From a phage: 60,068 nt of DNA. The DNA lies in the sequence record PZ445425.1, one strand, 5' to 3'. Positions 48,356 through 56,787 of this stretch are shown piece by piece. The translations under genes and the position numbers were made by a program. The notes below the pieces were generated by a model. That model searched no databases and was not told where the DNA came from. It was given only the letters and a program-made list of their open reading frames with translations. Each line of letters starts with the position of its first letter. The stretch's first letter is position 1.

Positions 48356-49099
48356 TTATTGCGGAGTTGTGATAATATGGTTACTAACTTCTAACATAAC
48401 GTCCTGCGGCTCCCTTCCCTGTCTTAAGCTAATAAGCCAATTATCAATGTTCGGAAGAATATTTTTAGCCTGCTCAGCATCCCTGTATAGTGCAAGGTCT
48501 ACCCAATGAGCGCCGAGCTTGACACGGATAGCGGTAGCGGTTTCATAATGGTGCAGGGAACAGGTAGGCCAGCGACCGCGATTATCCCAGTCCCGAACAT
48601 CGCCGCTCCGGCGCATCCTGTACCAACGATGTGTCAATTTATCCGCTTCCTTATCTGTCAGAGGATCCCCTTTGAGCAAGGCTTGGCGCTCTATCCATGC
48701 TTTAAGCTCGACGTTTTCCTTGCGTCCCGCCTTACCCTTATCTTCTTTTACCTTAAATGCTTCTTCATATGGGTCGTTACCCTTGCCCATGTGGTAATTG
48801 AATTTGCCCGTATAGCTGCGAAGCTCTTTGGCATCCAGATCATGACCCAGCTTATCGCTAACCCATGCAAGGAAAGCCGCCCTTTCTGCATCCAGCTTTC
48901 CCGCTTTTTGTCTTACAGCTTTTTTAACAGGCTGTTCCACATCTTCGTTGAAGTAATCCTCCACCATAGCAAGTGCCTGTGATTTGGTTGGCGCACCGCG
49001 CAACTGCGAGCAAGCTTGCACAACCCAGGCAGCAAAACACAAATCTTTAACCACAGTTTTAGATGTTAATGGTGCGGATGTGATAGTTTCTTCGCTCAT
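48356..49099 (-). CDS. hypothetical protein (possible replication initiation factor)
   Basis: 247-aa ORF immediately downstream of the iteron/AT-rich region. Confidence 0.45.
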   Translation of the reverse strand: MSEETITSAPLTSKTVVKDLCFAAWVVQACSQLRGAPTKSQALAMVEDYFNEDVEQPVKKAVRQKAGKLDAERAAFLAWVSDKLGHDLDAKELRSYTGKFNYHMGKGNDPYEEAFKVKEDKGKAGRKENVELKAWIERQALLKGDPLTDKEADKLTHRWYRMRRSGDVRDWDNRGRWPTCSLHHYETATAIRVKLGAHWVDLALYRDAEQAKNILPNIDNWLISLRQGREPQDVMLEVSNHIITTPQ

Positions 49100-49123
49100 A
49101 AATCCTCCTAGTCAACTGGTGAA

Positions 49124-49394
49124 GCCACTATAAAACAGACATTAGCTATTTGCAAGGATTGTTTTAATATAGTGCTTAGTGGCGTACATAGTGGGCAAAA
49201 TGTGTATAGTGCGCCGTTACTGGCTTTATAAAAGTTTGCCACTATAAACCACTATTCCACTATTCACTAATTTTTATTTTTGACACAGAGTAAAGTTTAT
49301 AAGTTTACGGTTTTCCCCTTATTACCCCGTTTTCAAACAAAGAATTAGTAGTAGTAGTGAAACATAGTGAATGCCACTATACCACTATACTATG
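49124..49394. repeat. iteron-like CACTAT/ATAGTG repeats
   Basis: At least 11 copies of CACTAT or its complement in both orientations, including GCCACTATAAACCACTATTCCACTATTCACTAA. Confidence 0.65.
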
Positions 49395-49429
49395 CATTTT
49401 ATGAAATCTCGGTTGGCTCGCTCCCTATA

Positions 49430-49560
49430 AACTTATAAACTTTCAGTCAACTAACTAAAACAAATATAATTAAACTAATAGTAAATAATAACTATAAATA
49501 TATATAAAATAAGGATTTATTATTAATGTATATATTACCTATTGGTATTATTTGACGAGT
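49430..49560. other. AT-rich tract (possible DNA-unwinding element)
   Basis: Over 80 percent A+T with tataaac and tatata repeats, adjacent to the iterons. Confidence 0.5.
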
Positions 49561-49767
49561 TTATGGTCATTATATAAACCATATAAAACTTCATAAACCT
49601 GAACGGATGCAGATCAAAAATGAGAAGTCAAGTGCTTTGAGGGAAATTTATTGAACTATTGTGATCGGAAGGTATATCAAGCTATAATGCGCTTAATCGC
49701 GGGATATTGGAGGAGGACTTTATTGAGCGGTTAACCGGACCAGTAGGAGGGCTGGCCCGGAAGTAGT

Positions 49768-50094
49768 TTAGAGCTGTACAGGTGTGAAGTGGGCTAGCGT
49801 ATCGTCGGACATAATACCCGACAGTTTTTCGCTTATCCAGTCGGACCAAATGCTATCCGCTTCCTGGCGGTGCACAAACCAGATTTCGGATGTGCCTTCT
49901 TTGCGCATCGGTTGCACTTCTACAAGGAACTTGTCCTGCATAAGGCGGGTGAAGCAGACGCTGGTCATTGGAACCGGCTTTTCGTCTTTATTGTAATAAG
50001 GGACCAATATTTTATTTCCGAAGTCGGCAACTTCATAAACCGTTCCTTTGCGAAGCCCTCTGATGTCTGTGTAAGAGCGGATGAATGTTCTCAT
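49768..50094 (-). CDS. hypothetical protein
   Basis: 108-aa ORF. Confidence 0.45.
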   Translation of the reverse strand: MRTFIRSYTDIRGLRKGTVYEVADFGNKILVPYYNKDEKPVPMTSVCFTRLMQDKFLVEVQPMRKEGTSEIWFVHRQEADSIWSDWISEKLSGIMSDDTLAHFTPVQL

Positions 50095-50096
50095 GT

Positions 50097-50273
50097 TTAT
50101 TTCCTTACGAATACAGAGCCGACAAATAATGTTGATTGAGTGGCAGCTTGCTCGATTAATTCGCCAACAAGCTGGGACTGCGTTAGAGGTTTAAGGCCTT
50201 CTTTGGCCCGTGCTTCATTTACACGGCGCTGAAGGTCTTTTAGGTATCGAGTTGCGAAGCTGTCTAATTGCAT
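50097..50273 (-). CDS. hypothetical small protein (58 aa, absent from ORF track)
   Basis: ATG at 50273 preceded by TAACCACATTAAC box, hairpin and RBS; translated by hand. Confidence 0.4.
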   Translation of the reverse strand: MQLDSFATRYLKDLQRRVNEARAKEGLKPLTQSQLVGELIEQAATQSTLFVGSVFVRK

Positions 50274-50326
50274 TTTCGTTACTCCTAGGGCTCCCGCAGA
50301 AGCCCGTTGGTTAATGTGGTTATAGA

Positions 50327-50941
50327 TTATGCGTCCAGTCCGTTATATTTGCGCCAGGCGTAGAACTGAATGGCGACCGTTGTCCCGTTGTAAGAAGGCA
50401 TTGCAGCTTTCATTTCTTTCAGCTCCGGCGTGCGGCCCAGTTCGGCTAAAAGTTTGTCGCCCATTGCCCACACTTCGGCGGTTTTTCCTTTCAGAGGCTT
50501 GCGAGCGCCATTTTTGAAATCACAGCGAGCAGCTTTTGCATCCTGTTTTGGCGCGGCAGCTTTTGGCTCTTCAATTTTGATTTCAGAAACCTGCGTGGCA
50601 GCTTTTGCATGTTTCATATCTTTCTCTTCCTCCTGCTCCAGAGCTTCGAGGCAGCTTTTGACAATTTCCGGATTTACCATCGGGCGAAGTACCGATACGC
50701 TGGCGGCTGGAGCGGCGGTCGGTGCTGGGACTTTCTGCTCGGGCTTTTGCGCTTTTTCGTGCTCGCGCAGTACCTGAAGCACTTCCTTTTCGACGATGTA
50801 AAAACCGATATCGCCCTGATGGATTAACTGTTCGTGTGCGTCGCGTGCAACCTGACCCCAGCGAGTTTTCAGAGCGCGGCGTGCATTCGTTTTCATGGTG
50901 TAACGCATTTTGTCCTGTTCGCGGTGAGTTACTTTAGACAT
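50327..50941 (-). CDS. hypothetical protein
   Basis: Start set to ATG 50941 with strong RBS AAGGAG. Confidence 0.5.
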   Translation of the reverse strand: MSKVTHREQDKMRYTMKTNARRALKTRWGQVARDAHEQLIHQGDIGFYIVEKEVLQVLREHEKAQKPEQKVPAPTAAPAASVSVLRPMVNPEIVKSCLEALEQEEEKDMKHAKAATQVSEIKIEEPKAAAPKQDAKAARCDFKNGARKPLKGKTAEVWAMGDKLLAELGRTPELKEMKAAMPSYNGTTVAIQFYAWRKYNGLDA

Positions 50942-51014
50942 GGTATAGCTCCTTTCGTTAATGTTAGTTTGCTTATTACTGCCCACCGTAATGATGAGCA
51001 GTGTATAAGAAAAC

Positions 51015-51263
51015 TTATTGCACAATTGCTACGAAATCGGCGGTTGCGATATCCATGCTTGCGAAAGCAACGATGCCATAGTCGGTGTCGTTCTCGGCGT
51101 TAAACGCTTTGAGGAACTGCTGTACCGCTGCTTTATGGTTAAGCGTTACGTCGATAGCATAGTCCCAGCTATAGACTTTGCGCTTGCCAAAACCTTTAAC
51201 TGCAATGCGTGCACCTTTGGTGTTAGTTGGTGCCAAAAATTTGGTGACGATAGAAGTAGCCAT
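51015..51263 (-). CDS. hypothetical small protein
   Basis: 82-aa ORF. Confidence 0.45.
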   Translation of the reverse strand: MATSIVTKFLAPTNTKGARIAVKGFGKRKVYSWDYAIDVTLNHKAAVQQFLKAFNAENDTDYGIVAFASMDIATADFVAIVQ

Positions 51264-51332
51264 GATGTATATCCTCGTTTTGTTTAAGTTGACTTATTAT
51301 TGCCCAGTCAGATCAACTAGGCAAGATATAAA

Positions 51333-51497
51333 TCAACTATTTTCGCTTACATAATCCAGTGCAGCTTCGAGGAAATAAAATTCTTCCTGCTTATATAAGC
51401 TGATTGCCCACTCCAGCTGAGCGCGGGTAAGGTGGCGATATTTGTTGTCGATGCAATAACTGCGACCGAAGTACATGATAGTGAAGTAACTAGACAT
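51333..51497 (-). CDS. hypothetical small protein (54 aa, absent from ORF track)
   Basis: RBS GGAGG 7 nt before ATG 51497; preceded by TTAACCACA box; track ORF 51347..51562 in another frame judged spurious. Confidence 0.4.
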   Translation of the reverse strand: MSSYFTIMYFGRSYCIDNKYRHLTRAQLEWAISLYKQEEFYFLEAALDYVSENS

Positions 51498-51814
51498 AAT
51501 GCGCCTCCAAGTGTGGTTAAAAAGTAGTACCGTGTTGCTATGGGTACATAATAGCGATGCATTGTGATATTGAATAGGCCAAACGTGCTATTTTGATCTT
51601 GTTTTGCATCTAGTGAAAATTATGCTTGTATCTCATATTTAGCACTAATGGCCTAACTAACATCACACGATCTGGTCTACGCGCGTGCATACATACATAT
51701 AAGGAGCGCCGGACAGGATCGGACCGACCAGGGGCGCACAACCGTCCCTATCTGCCCTGTAAACTGGTCCACGGACCAGTCCAAAATATTTTTATAAAAA
51801 GATGCAAAAAGGTG

Positions 51815-51843
51815 TAGACATATGATCAATCTAACCCTACTAT
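51815..51843 (+). promoter_or_regulatory. candidate sigma70-like promoter for the rightward small-gene module
   Basis: TAGACA, 17-nt spacer, TACTAT about 50 nt upstream of the first plus-strand gene. Confidence 0.25.
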
Positions 51844-51892
51844 ATACACATACCGCAAGGGTACTACAAATTAACTTAAAGGGGTTTACATC

Positions 51893-52096
51893 ATGTCTAT
51901 TCGTAACGTTATCTGTGTAATGGTTGCAAACAATAATTTTGGTTTCGTAGAAGGTGCACAGTATAAAATGGATCTTAAAACTCGTTGCATTATTAAAGGT
52001 GAAGAGGAATGGCGTGCAGTGGTAGAAGATCGCGGCAATATCTACATCTATAGTTCTGATACAATGAAAACTATTGCCGTCTTCGAATTTAACTAA
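51893..52096 (+). CDS. hypothetical small protein
   Basis: 67-aa ORF. Confidence 0.45.
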   Translation: MSIRNVICVMVANNNFGFVEGAQYKMDLKTRCIIKGEEEWRAVVEDRGNIYIYSSDTMKTIAVFEFN

Positions 52097-52164
52097 GCTA
52101 ACTTATACAATGGGCATTAGTACAGTGCCCATTAATAAGCTAACTAATTATAACGAGGTGTATT

Positions 52165-52350
52165 ATGTCTACGAACACTGTGAAGTCTGTAAATAATAGC
52201 AACAGAACATTTAAAGTTATGTGCTATGGCGAATATATCGGAGACGTTACAGCTCCCAGCCGCATCGCTGCGGAAGACTTCGTCCGTACAGAGATGGAGC
52301 TTGGAATCGCCGATTTTGCAGACCTTATCGAACTAGTAGAGGTGTACTAA
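52165..52350 (+). CDS. hypothetical small protein
   Basis: 61-aa ORF with RBS. Confidence 0.45.
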   Translation: MSTNTVKSVNNSNRTFKVMCYGEYIGDVTAPSRIAAEDFVRTEMELGIADFADLIELVEVY

Positions 52351-52351
52351 C

Positions 52352-52495
52352 ATGTCACGCAAATACACGCTTACACGCGCACAACATGCTTTATTATTGC
52401 AGGTTATGCGCATGGAGTACGAAGAGACTACATGGGCGCAAGCTATGCAGACAGGGCGAGAGTTCTACGCGCAACTAATAGCACAAAATGCCTAG
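52352..52495 (+). CDS. hypothetical small protein (47 aa, absent from ORF track)
   Basis: ATG 1 nt after upstream stop; translated by hand. Confidence 0.35.
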   Translation: MSRKYTLTRAQHALLLQVMRMEYEETTWAQAMQTGREFYAQLIAQNA

Positions 52496-52553
52496 ACAAC
52501 ATGATCGGTCTGGTGGATACTACACACATCAACCAAACAACGGGGTAAACAAA

Positions 52554-52781
52554 ATGCGTAGTTTCAAATGTGTAAGCGTAAATGCTACTGGTAACGGTCT
52601 GTTCACGGCAGGTAATGTATATGACTTCAACATGGAAAGTTATAAAGACACAACGCTTACAGGTGTAATGTTCGGTGGCGCTCGTGTCGTTCGCTGCCAT
52701 TTAAACAAGAACACGGAAAATGAATATACCCTTATCAGTCGCTACACGGGCGAGCCGTTAGCTGTGTTCCATGCAGCTTAA
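52554..52781 (+). CDS. hypothetical small protein
   Basis: Track ORF 52488..52781 trimmed to internal ATG. Confidence 0.4.
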   Translation: MRSFKCVSVNATGNGLFTAGNVYDFNMESYKDTTLTGVMFGGARVVRCHLNKNTENEYTLISRYTGEPLAVFHAA

Positions 52782-52807
52782 GCTATAACGCACACAGCGC
52801 CGCGCTA

Positions 52808-52930
52808 GCGAGCTAATGTACATAGGTAATGGTAATGCATTAGCTCGGGCGAAACAGGCGCACAGCGTCGCACACAGCTCGCACAGCGCACACAGACCCA
52901 CGCAGGCCCAGCCGCGCGACCCGACCCATC
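52808..52930. repeat. structured GC-rich repeat region
   Basis: 10-bp inverted repeat cgagctaatg / cattagctcg enclosing tandem ggtaatg; then repeated CGCACAG / CACACAG units. Confidence 0.55.
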
Positions 52931-53248
52931 CTTTTCCAGGTACTTGGATCGCTACGCCCTGCCCTGTCTATCCTGATAGTATCCTTGTTTGAAAATCTAA
53001 CTCGTCAACTATGTTGTTGCCGACATACACACCCATCACTTTACTATCCACCTACATACATGACCCCACCTACCTTCTTTTTGAATATATTGCGCTCATC
53101 CTTTCTAAATATATGGATTTTGGTAGTAAATTCTGAGTCGTCAACGTATAATTCGTCTTGTAGTTTCTCCATAGCTACCATCTTTAAGCGGATGCAACCA
53201 ATTTCTATCAATTCACACCTGTTTTAGAGCAGCAAGGAGGAGGTATTT

Positions 53249-53500
53249 ATGTGCGACACCCGTGCAAGCGCTGCACCCAGCACCTCCAGCAATGTGGTTA
53301 CAGAGGTAAATGCAATGCGATTAGGCCCATATCGCGGGTATTATGGTCGGGCAGCATGGAATGACGCTACTCAACGGTTTGAAGGCTGGATTATCTGTCC
53401 GGAACGTGTTAAATTTCATTCCGTAAAAGAGAAAAATATCGTTCTTAATTTTCAAAAATGTGTCACTAAATATGTAGAGGAGCAAGAAGAATGCGTGTAG
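53249..53500 (+). CDS. hypothetical small protein
   Basis: 83 aa, RBS AAGGAGGAGG. Confidence 0.5.
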   Translation: MCDTRASAAPSTSSNVVTEVNAMRLGPYRGYYGRAAWNDATQRFEGWIICPERVKFHSVKEKNIVLNFQKCVTKYVEEQEECV

Positions 53501-53781
53501 AAGAGATTGTTGAAGGTAAAGAGTATCGTTTACTGACCGATATTGGTGGTGTCGGATATACTCCTGATGATGCAGCTTGTTTTAACGTCCTTCCGCAAGG
53601 CGCTATCGTAACAGTTAACAAGGTTGTTACCGATTTATACAGCGTTCATGACGGCAGATGGCCACATGCAGTTATTGTTACCTTCGGTAAAGATGGATAT
53701 GTGGATCTTGACGGCGAAGATGACGCTTACGAAGTTGCTTATACAGGTCTTGTAAGCCCCAATTTCCTGGAAGAAGTATAA
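53491..53781 (+). CDS. hypothetical protein
   Basis: 96 aa, overlaps upstream stop. Confidence 0.5.
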   Translation: MRVEEIVEGKEYRLLTDIGGVGYTPDDAACFNVLPQGAIVTVNKVVTDLYSVHDGRWPHAVIVTFGKDGYVDLDGEDDAYEVAYTGLVSPNFLEEV

Positions 53782-53832
53782 TTATCAATCTATAATGGGC
53801 TCTACGGAGCCCTTAATTATCTGGAGGTTGTT

Positions 53833-54129
53833 ATGCTTTATTTAGGAATGGACGAAACTGGACACGCAATTCCTTCTGTTAACAAAGAGACACAAGTATT
53901 TACAAACTATTATGGGTCTGCTGTCCCTGTTGAGCCCTGGGCTAACTTTATCGCTGTAGATGCAGACGGTAAAGTTCATTGCTATGACGCCAAACCTTCT
54001 TGCTATGAATCTGGTAAGCAATGGATGCTTGGCATATACGGTTTGCATGTGCGCTACTGCGGTGAAGTTGACCGTGAAGGTAGTGACTGGCGTGATACGC
54101 TAAGGGAGATTAAACATGTCCGCGGCTGA
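53833..54129 (+). CDS. hypothetical protein
   Basis: 98 aa, RBS GGAGG. Confidence 0.5.
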   Translation: MLYLGMDETGHAIPSVNKETQVFTNYYGSAVPVEPWANFIAVDADGKVHCYDAKPSCYESGKQWMLGIYGLHVRYCGEVDREGSDWRDTLREIKHVRG

Positions 54130-54205
54130 AGTTACGACATTTATAATAGCTTTTGTAATTGCTTTATTTCTTCTAGCTAAGTTAGATTTATTTATGGGGT
54201 GACTC

Positions 54206-54430
54206 ATGCGATTACTTATGGTTATTGGCGTTATAGTTGCCGCTTTCGTCATATTTGCAATTGTAGACTTTAAAGAAATGGAGCGGCAAAATTGCCAACG
54301 CACTGGTAACAGCCGTGAGGATATCATTTGGCAATATATTTACGATGCAAAAGGTAATGTTATGTCAATGTATCCTCAGGTTATTACTGAGTATGAATAT
54401 AAATGCAATGACCGTAACAGGTGGAGATAA
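54206..54430 (+). CDS. small membrane protein
   Basis: 74 aa with N-terminal transmembrane helix. Confidence 0.45.
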   Translation: MRLLMVIGVIVAAFVIFAIVDFKEMERQNCQRTGNSREDIIWQYIYDAKGNVMSMYPQVITEYEYKCNDRNRWR

Positions 54431-54432
54431 TA

Positions 54433-54540
54433 ATGGAAGTTACTGAAGCTGCTAAACGCATGGTAAAATTCTATGTCGGTTCTGATGCACCTTTAATTCG
54501 CGCTTTTGGTCAGGAACTTTATGTTTTCCAGGGCGATTGA
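54433..54540 (+). CDS. small ORF ending at in-frame TGA
   Basis: 35 codons; stop TGA is immediately followed by GAGGAGG and 124 further in-frame sense codons. Confidence 0.3.
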   Translation: MEVTEAAKRMVKFYVGSDAPLIRAFGQELYVFQGD

Positions 54541-54912
54541 GAGGAGGCTGAAGAAATTGCTCAGGCAATCCTCGATCTGCAAGCAAAAGCGGATCGTGCG
54601 GAAGCCCTTGAAGCCGAATGGCGTGCTCAGGAAGAACGTGCCGAAAATGCTGAAACTAACCTTGTCGACATGCGTGCTGCTGAGCACGCTCTATCTGATT
54701 CTTATATTCGTTTGCGTCAAATTGTTGGTGCAATGAATCCGCCTGGTGTGAGCAGCGAAGAGGTGTGGGCGCATACCGAGAAGAAGGCTCAAGAGTTGCG
54801 TGATCGCTGCGAAGCTCTGGAAGCTATAGCAAAGGACTTCTTGCGTCGTAATAAATATGGTCCTTTGTTCTATCGTGATTTGTATAACCGTTTTAAGGAG
54901 ATTGTGAAATGA
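54541..54912 (+). CDS. acidic coiled-coil protein (start uncertain: ATT 54556, ATG 54670, or readthrough)
   Basis: Frame open from 54541; coiled-coil-like EEAEE...AEALEAEWRAQEERAE sequence continues across ATG 54670; stop overlaps next start (ATGA). Confidence 0.4.
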   Translation, partial: EEAEEIAQAILDLQAKADRAEALEAEWRAQEERAENAETNLVDMRAAEHALSDSYIRLRQIVGAMNPPGVSSEEVWAHTEKKAQELRDRCEALEAIAKDFLRRNKYGPLFYRDLYNRFKEIVK

Positions 54913-55178
54913 TTACTGCTCAAGAAGCTCGTGAATTAAGCGATAAGCTGGATATTAGCGAAGATATTGAATTTATCAGTGACAGCATTCGCGTAGCTGC
55001 TACAAAGGGATACAATAAAGTATCACTGGTGACCAAATACGGCGCTGTTGGCAATCCTGACACTCAAGACCCAACCACTATGAAGATTGCTAAATGGTTA
55101 GCCGATTCTGGTTTTACGGTGCTATATTATCCTTCCATGGACCAACGTGATAACGAGCGTACTGAGGTGGCATGGTGA
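54909..55178 (+). CDS. hypothetical protein
   Basis: 89-aa ORF. Confidence 0.45.
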   Translation: MITAQEARELSDKLDISEDIEFISDSIRVAATKGYNKVSLVTKYGAVGNPDTQDPTTMKIAKWLADSGFTVLYYPSMDQRDNERTEVAW

Positions 55179-55245
55179 TTGAAGAAAATATCAAATATTG
55201 GAAAGGCTTTATTGACGAAATGTTGAAACCATTGGAGAAGAAATA

Positions 55246-55638
55246 ATGCGATTAGTCGTCACCGGAGGTCGAGATTTTAAGCATGTGGAGTATATTTATG
55301 CTCAATTGGATAAGCTGCATATGCAAAGAAGGATAACCACACTTCGCCACGGTGACGCTGACGGTGTTGACCGGATTTGCGCACATTGGGCGGAGCGCAA
55401 CGGTATTAAGACAGAAGCGTTCCCTGCCCCGTGGGACAATCTTTCCTTACCAAATACCAAGATACGGTATAACGCCAAGGGTGCTTATAATGCACAAGCT
55501 GGCGCTTACCGCAATCAATTAATGCTGGATACCGATCCTAAACCGGATCACGCTATTGTGTTTCCTGGCGGAGCTGGTACTATGGATATGTACAGACGGA
55601 TTAAAGCATCCGGTATTCCTTACACTTTAGCGGAGTAA
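55246..55638 (+). CDS. Rossmann-like protein, possibly SLOG/DUF2493-like
   Basis: N-terminal VVTGGRDF Gly-rich loop and GDADGVD motif; weak assignment. Confidence 0.3.
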   Translation: MRLVVTGGRDFKHVEYIYAQLDKLHMQRRITTLRHGDADGVDRICAHWAERNGIKTEAFPAPWDNLSLPNTKIRYNAKGAYNAQAGAYRNQLMLDTDPKPDHAIVFPGGAGTMDMYRRIKASGIPYTLAE

Positions 55639-55641
55639 ATA

Positions 55642-56112
55642 ATGGCTGACGTTAAAACTATTGTTGATGCAATGGACGAATCCAAAGACTGCCAACTGAA
55701 GAAGTCGTTTGAAGTAAAACAGGTTACAGAGACTCAGTTGGTTTGCAATTTTGCGCGTTATTGTGGACTGGGGCGCGGGAAAGACTGGAACGGGCTTATT
55801 GTTATGCCCACATCACAGATCCTCGTTTACGTCCGCAACGTTGTAGAAGATGTTCTGCGTCTTCAGGTTGAAATCGGTGACGTAGAAATTAACATGACCG
55901 CGAGCTCTACCATTGTGGTTAAATGGCAGTCGGGCGAGACACTGCGTTTGGAAGCGTGCCATTGTGCTAAGAGCCTACACCACCTGCGCGGTTGTCATTA
56001 CCAGTTCGTTGGGTTTGTACATCCGCAAGGGTTAAGCGAGCGTACGGCGCTGGTAGCGCGTTTGCTGCTGCGTCCTTATAATAACGAGCCGGAAGTTATA
56101 TACGAGGCATAA
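55642..56112 (+). CDS. hypothetical protein
   Basis: 156-aa ORF. Confidence 0.45.
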   Translation: MADVKTIVDAMDESKDCQLKKSFEVKQVTETQLVCNFARYCGLGRGKDWNGLIVMPTSQILVYVRNVVEDVLRLQVEIGDVEINMTASSTIVVKWQSGETLRLEACHCAKSLHHLRGCHYQFVGFVHPQGLSERTALVARLLLRPYNNEPEVIYEA

Positions 56113-56113
56113 A

Positions 56114-56539
56114 ATGTCAGTAAATTTTGTCAAACAGCCAACTTTAAATACATGCGTTTCTGCGTGTTTGGCAATGATCCTTAATAAACCTGTTGAGAAG
56201 GTCATTGAGGAATTTCACAGTCGTTATTATAACAACTGGGAAATCACTATCAGCGAATATTTGACTAAAAATGGCGTCCAGCATCATTGTTCAGAAGGTG
56301 GTGGGCGTGAAACTTTGCATATGGGAGGTTTATTCCTGTGCACGGTGCCAAGTCTTAATATTCCTGGCGCATTGCACCAGATTGTGATTGATATGACGGA
56401 TCACAAGTTTATTGTGCATGATCCAATTAAAGGATGGGAAGGTAAAAAGTTCTATGTTGGTCCGGATCAAGATCCTGAGGAACCTGGAGCTTTTATCATT
56501 CATACTTGGGTCAAAGACGTTGAAATCCTGCCTTATTAA
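56114..56539 (+). CDS. papain-like cysteine peptidase (C39-like)
   Basis: QPTLNTCVSACLAMIL closely matches the C39 Q...C...ACLAMIL motif; downstream HQIVID His candidate. Confidence 0.5.
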   Translation: MSVNFVKQPTLNTCVSACLAMILNKPVEKVIEEFHSRYYNNWEITISEYLTKNGVQHHCSEGGGRETLHMGGLFLCTVPSLNIPGALHQIVIDMTDHKFIVHDPIKGWEGKKFYVGPDQDPEEPGAFIIHTWVKDVEILPY

Positions 56540-56601
56540 TTTTCTTGCTATCACATAACCCTTCATTGTATTGTGTACCCATCGAATAAGAGGGGTACAC
56601 A

Positions 56602-56787
56602 ATGACCAAACTATACGCCGGATTGTTTTTATTTGCGACGTTAATGTTCGCTGGACTTTATACCTATACAGTAGTCGAACAACCTTCCACGGTTATCCGA
56701 ATCTTTGCAAGTACAGGGCTTTGCATCTGTCTTATTCTATTTGTTTTATGCATTGTTATTATCCAAGACCAAAGGAAAGTTAAATGA
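56602..56787 (+). CDS. small membrane protein
   Basis: 61 aa with two hydrophobic helices; start codon follows a hairpin gtgtaccc...gggtacac. Confidence 0.45.
   Translation: MTKLYAGLFLFATLMFAGLYTYTVVEQPSTVIRIFASTGLCICLILFVLCIVIIQDQRKVK

Noticed and set aside
51347-51562. 71-aa minus-strand track ORF
   Set aside because: No RBS; a different frame (51333..51497) has GGAGG at ideal spacing and a plausible protein sequence.
54506-54736. 76-aa plus-strand track ORF
   Set aside because: It overlaps the coiled-coil frame, which has the coherent protein-like sequence and coupled stop/start with the next gene; its own composition is basic and hydrophobic junk-like.
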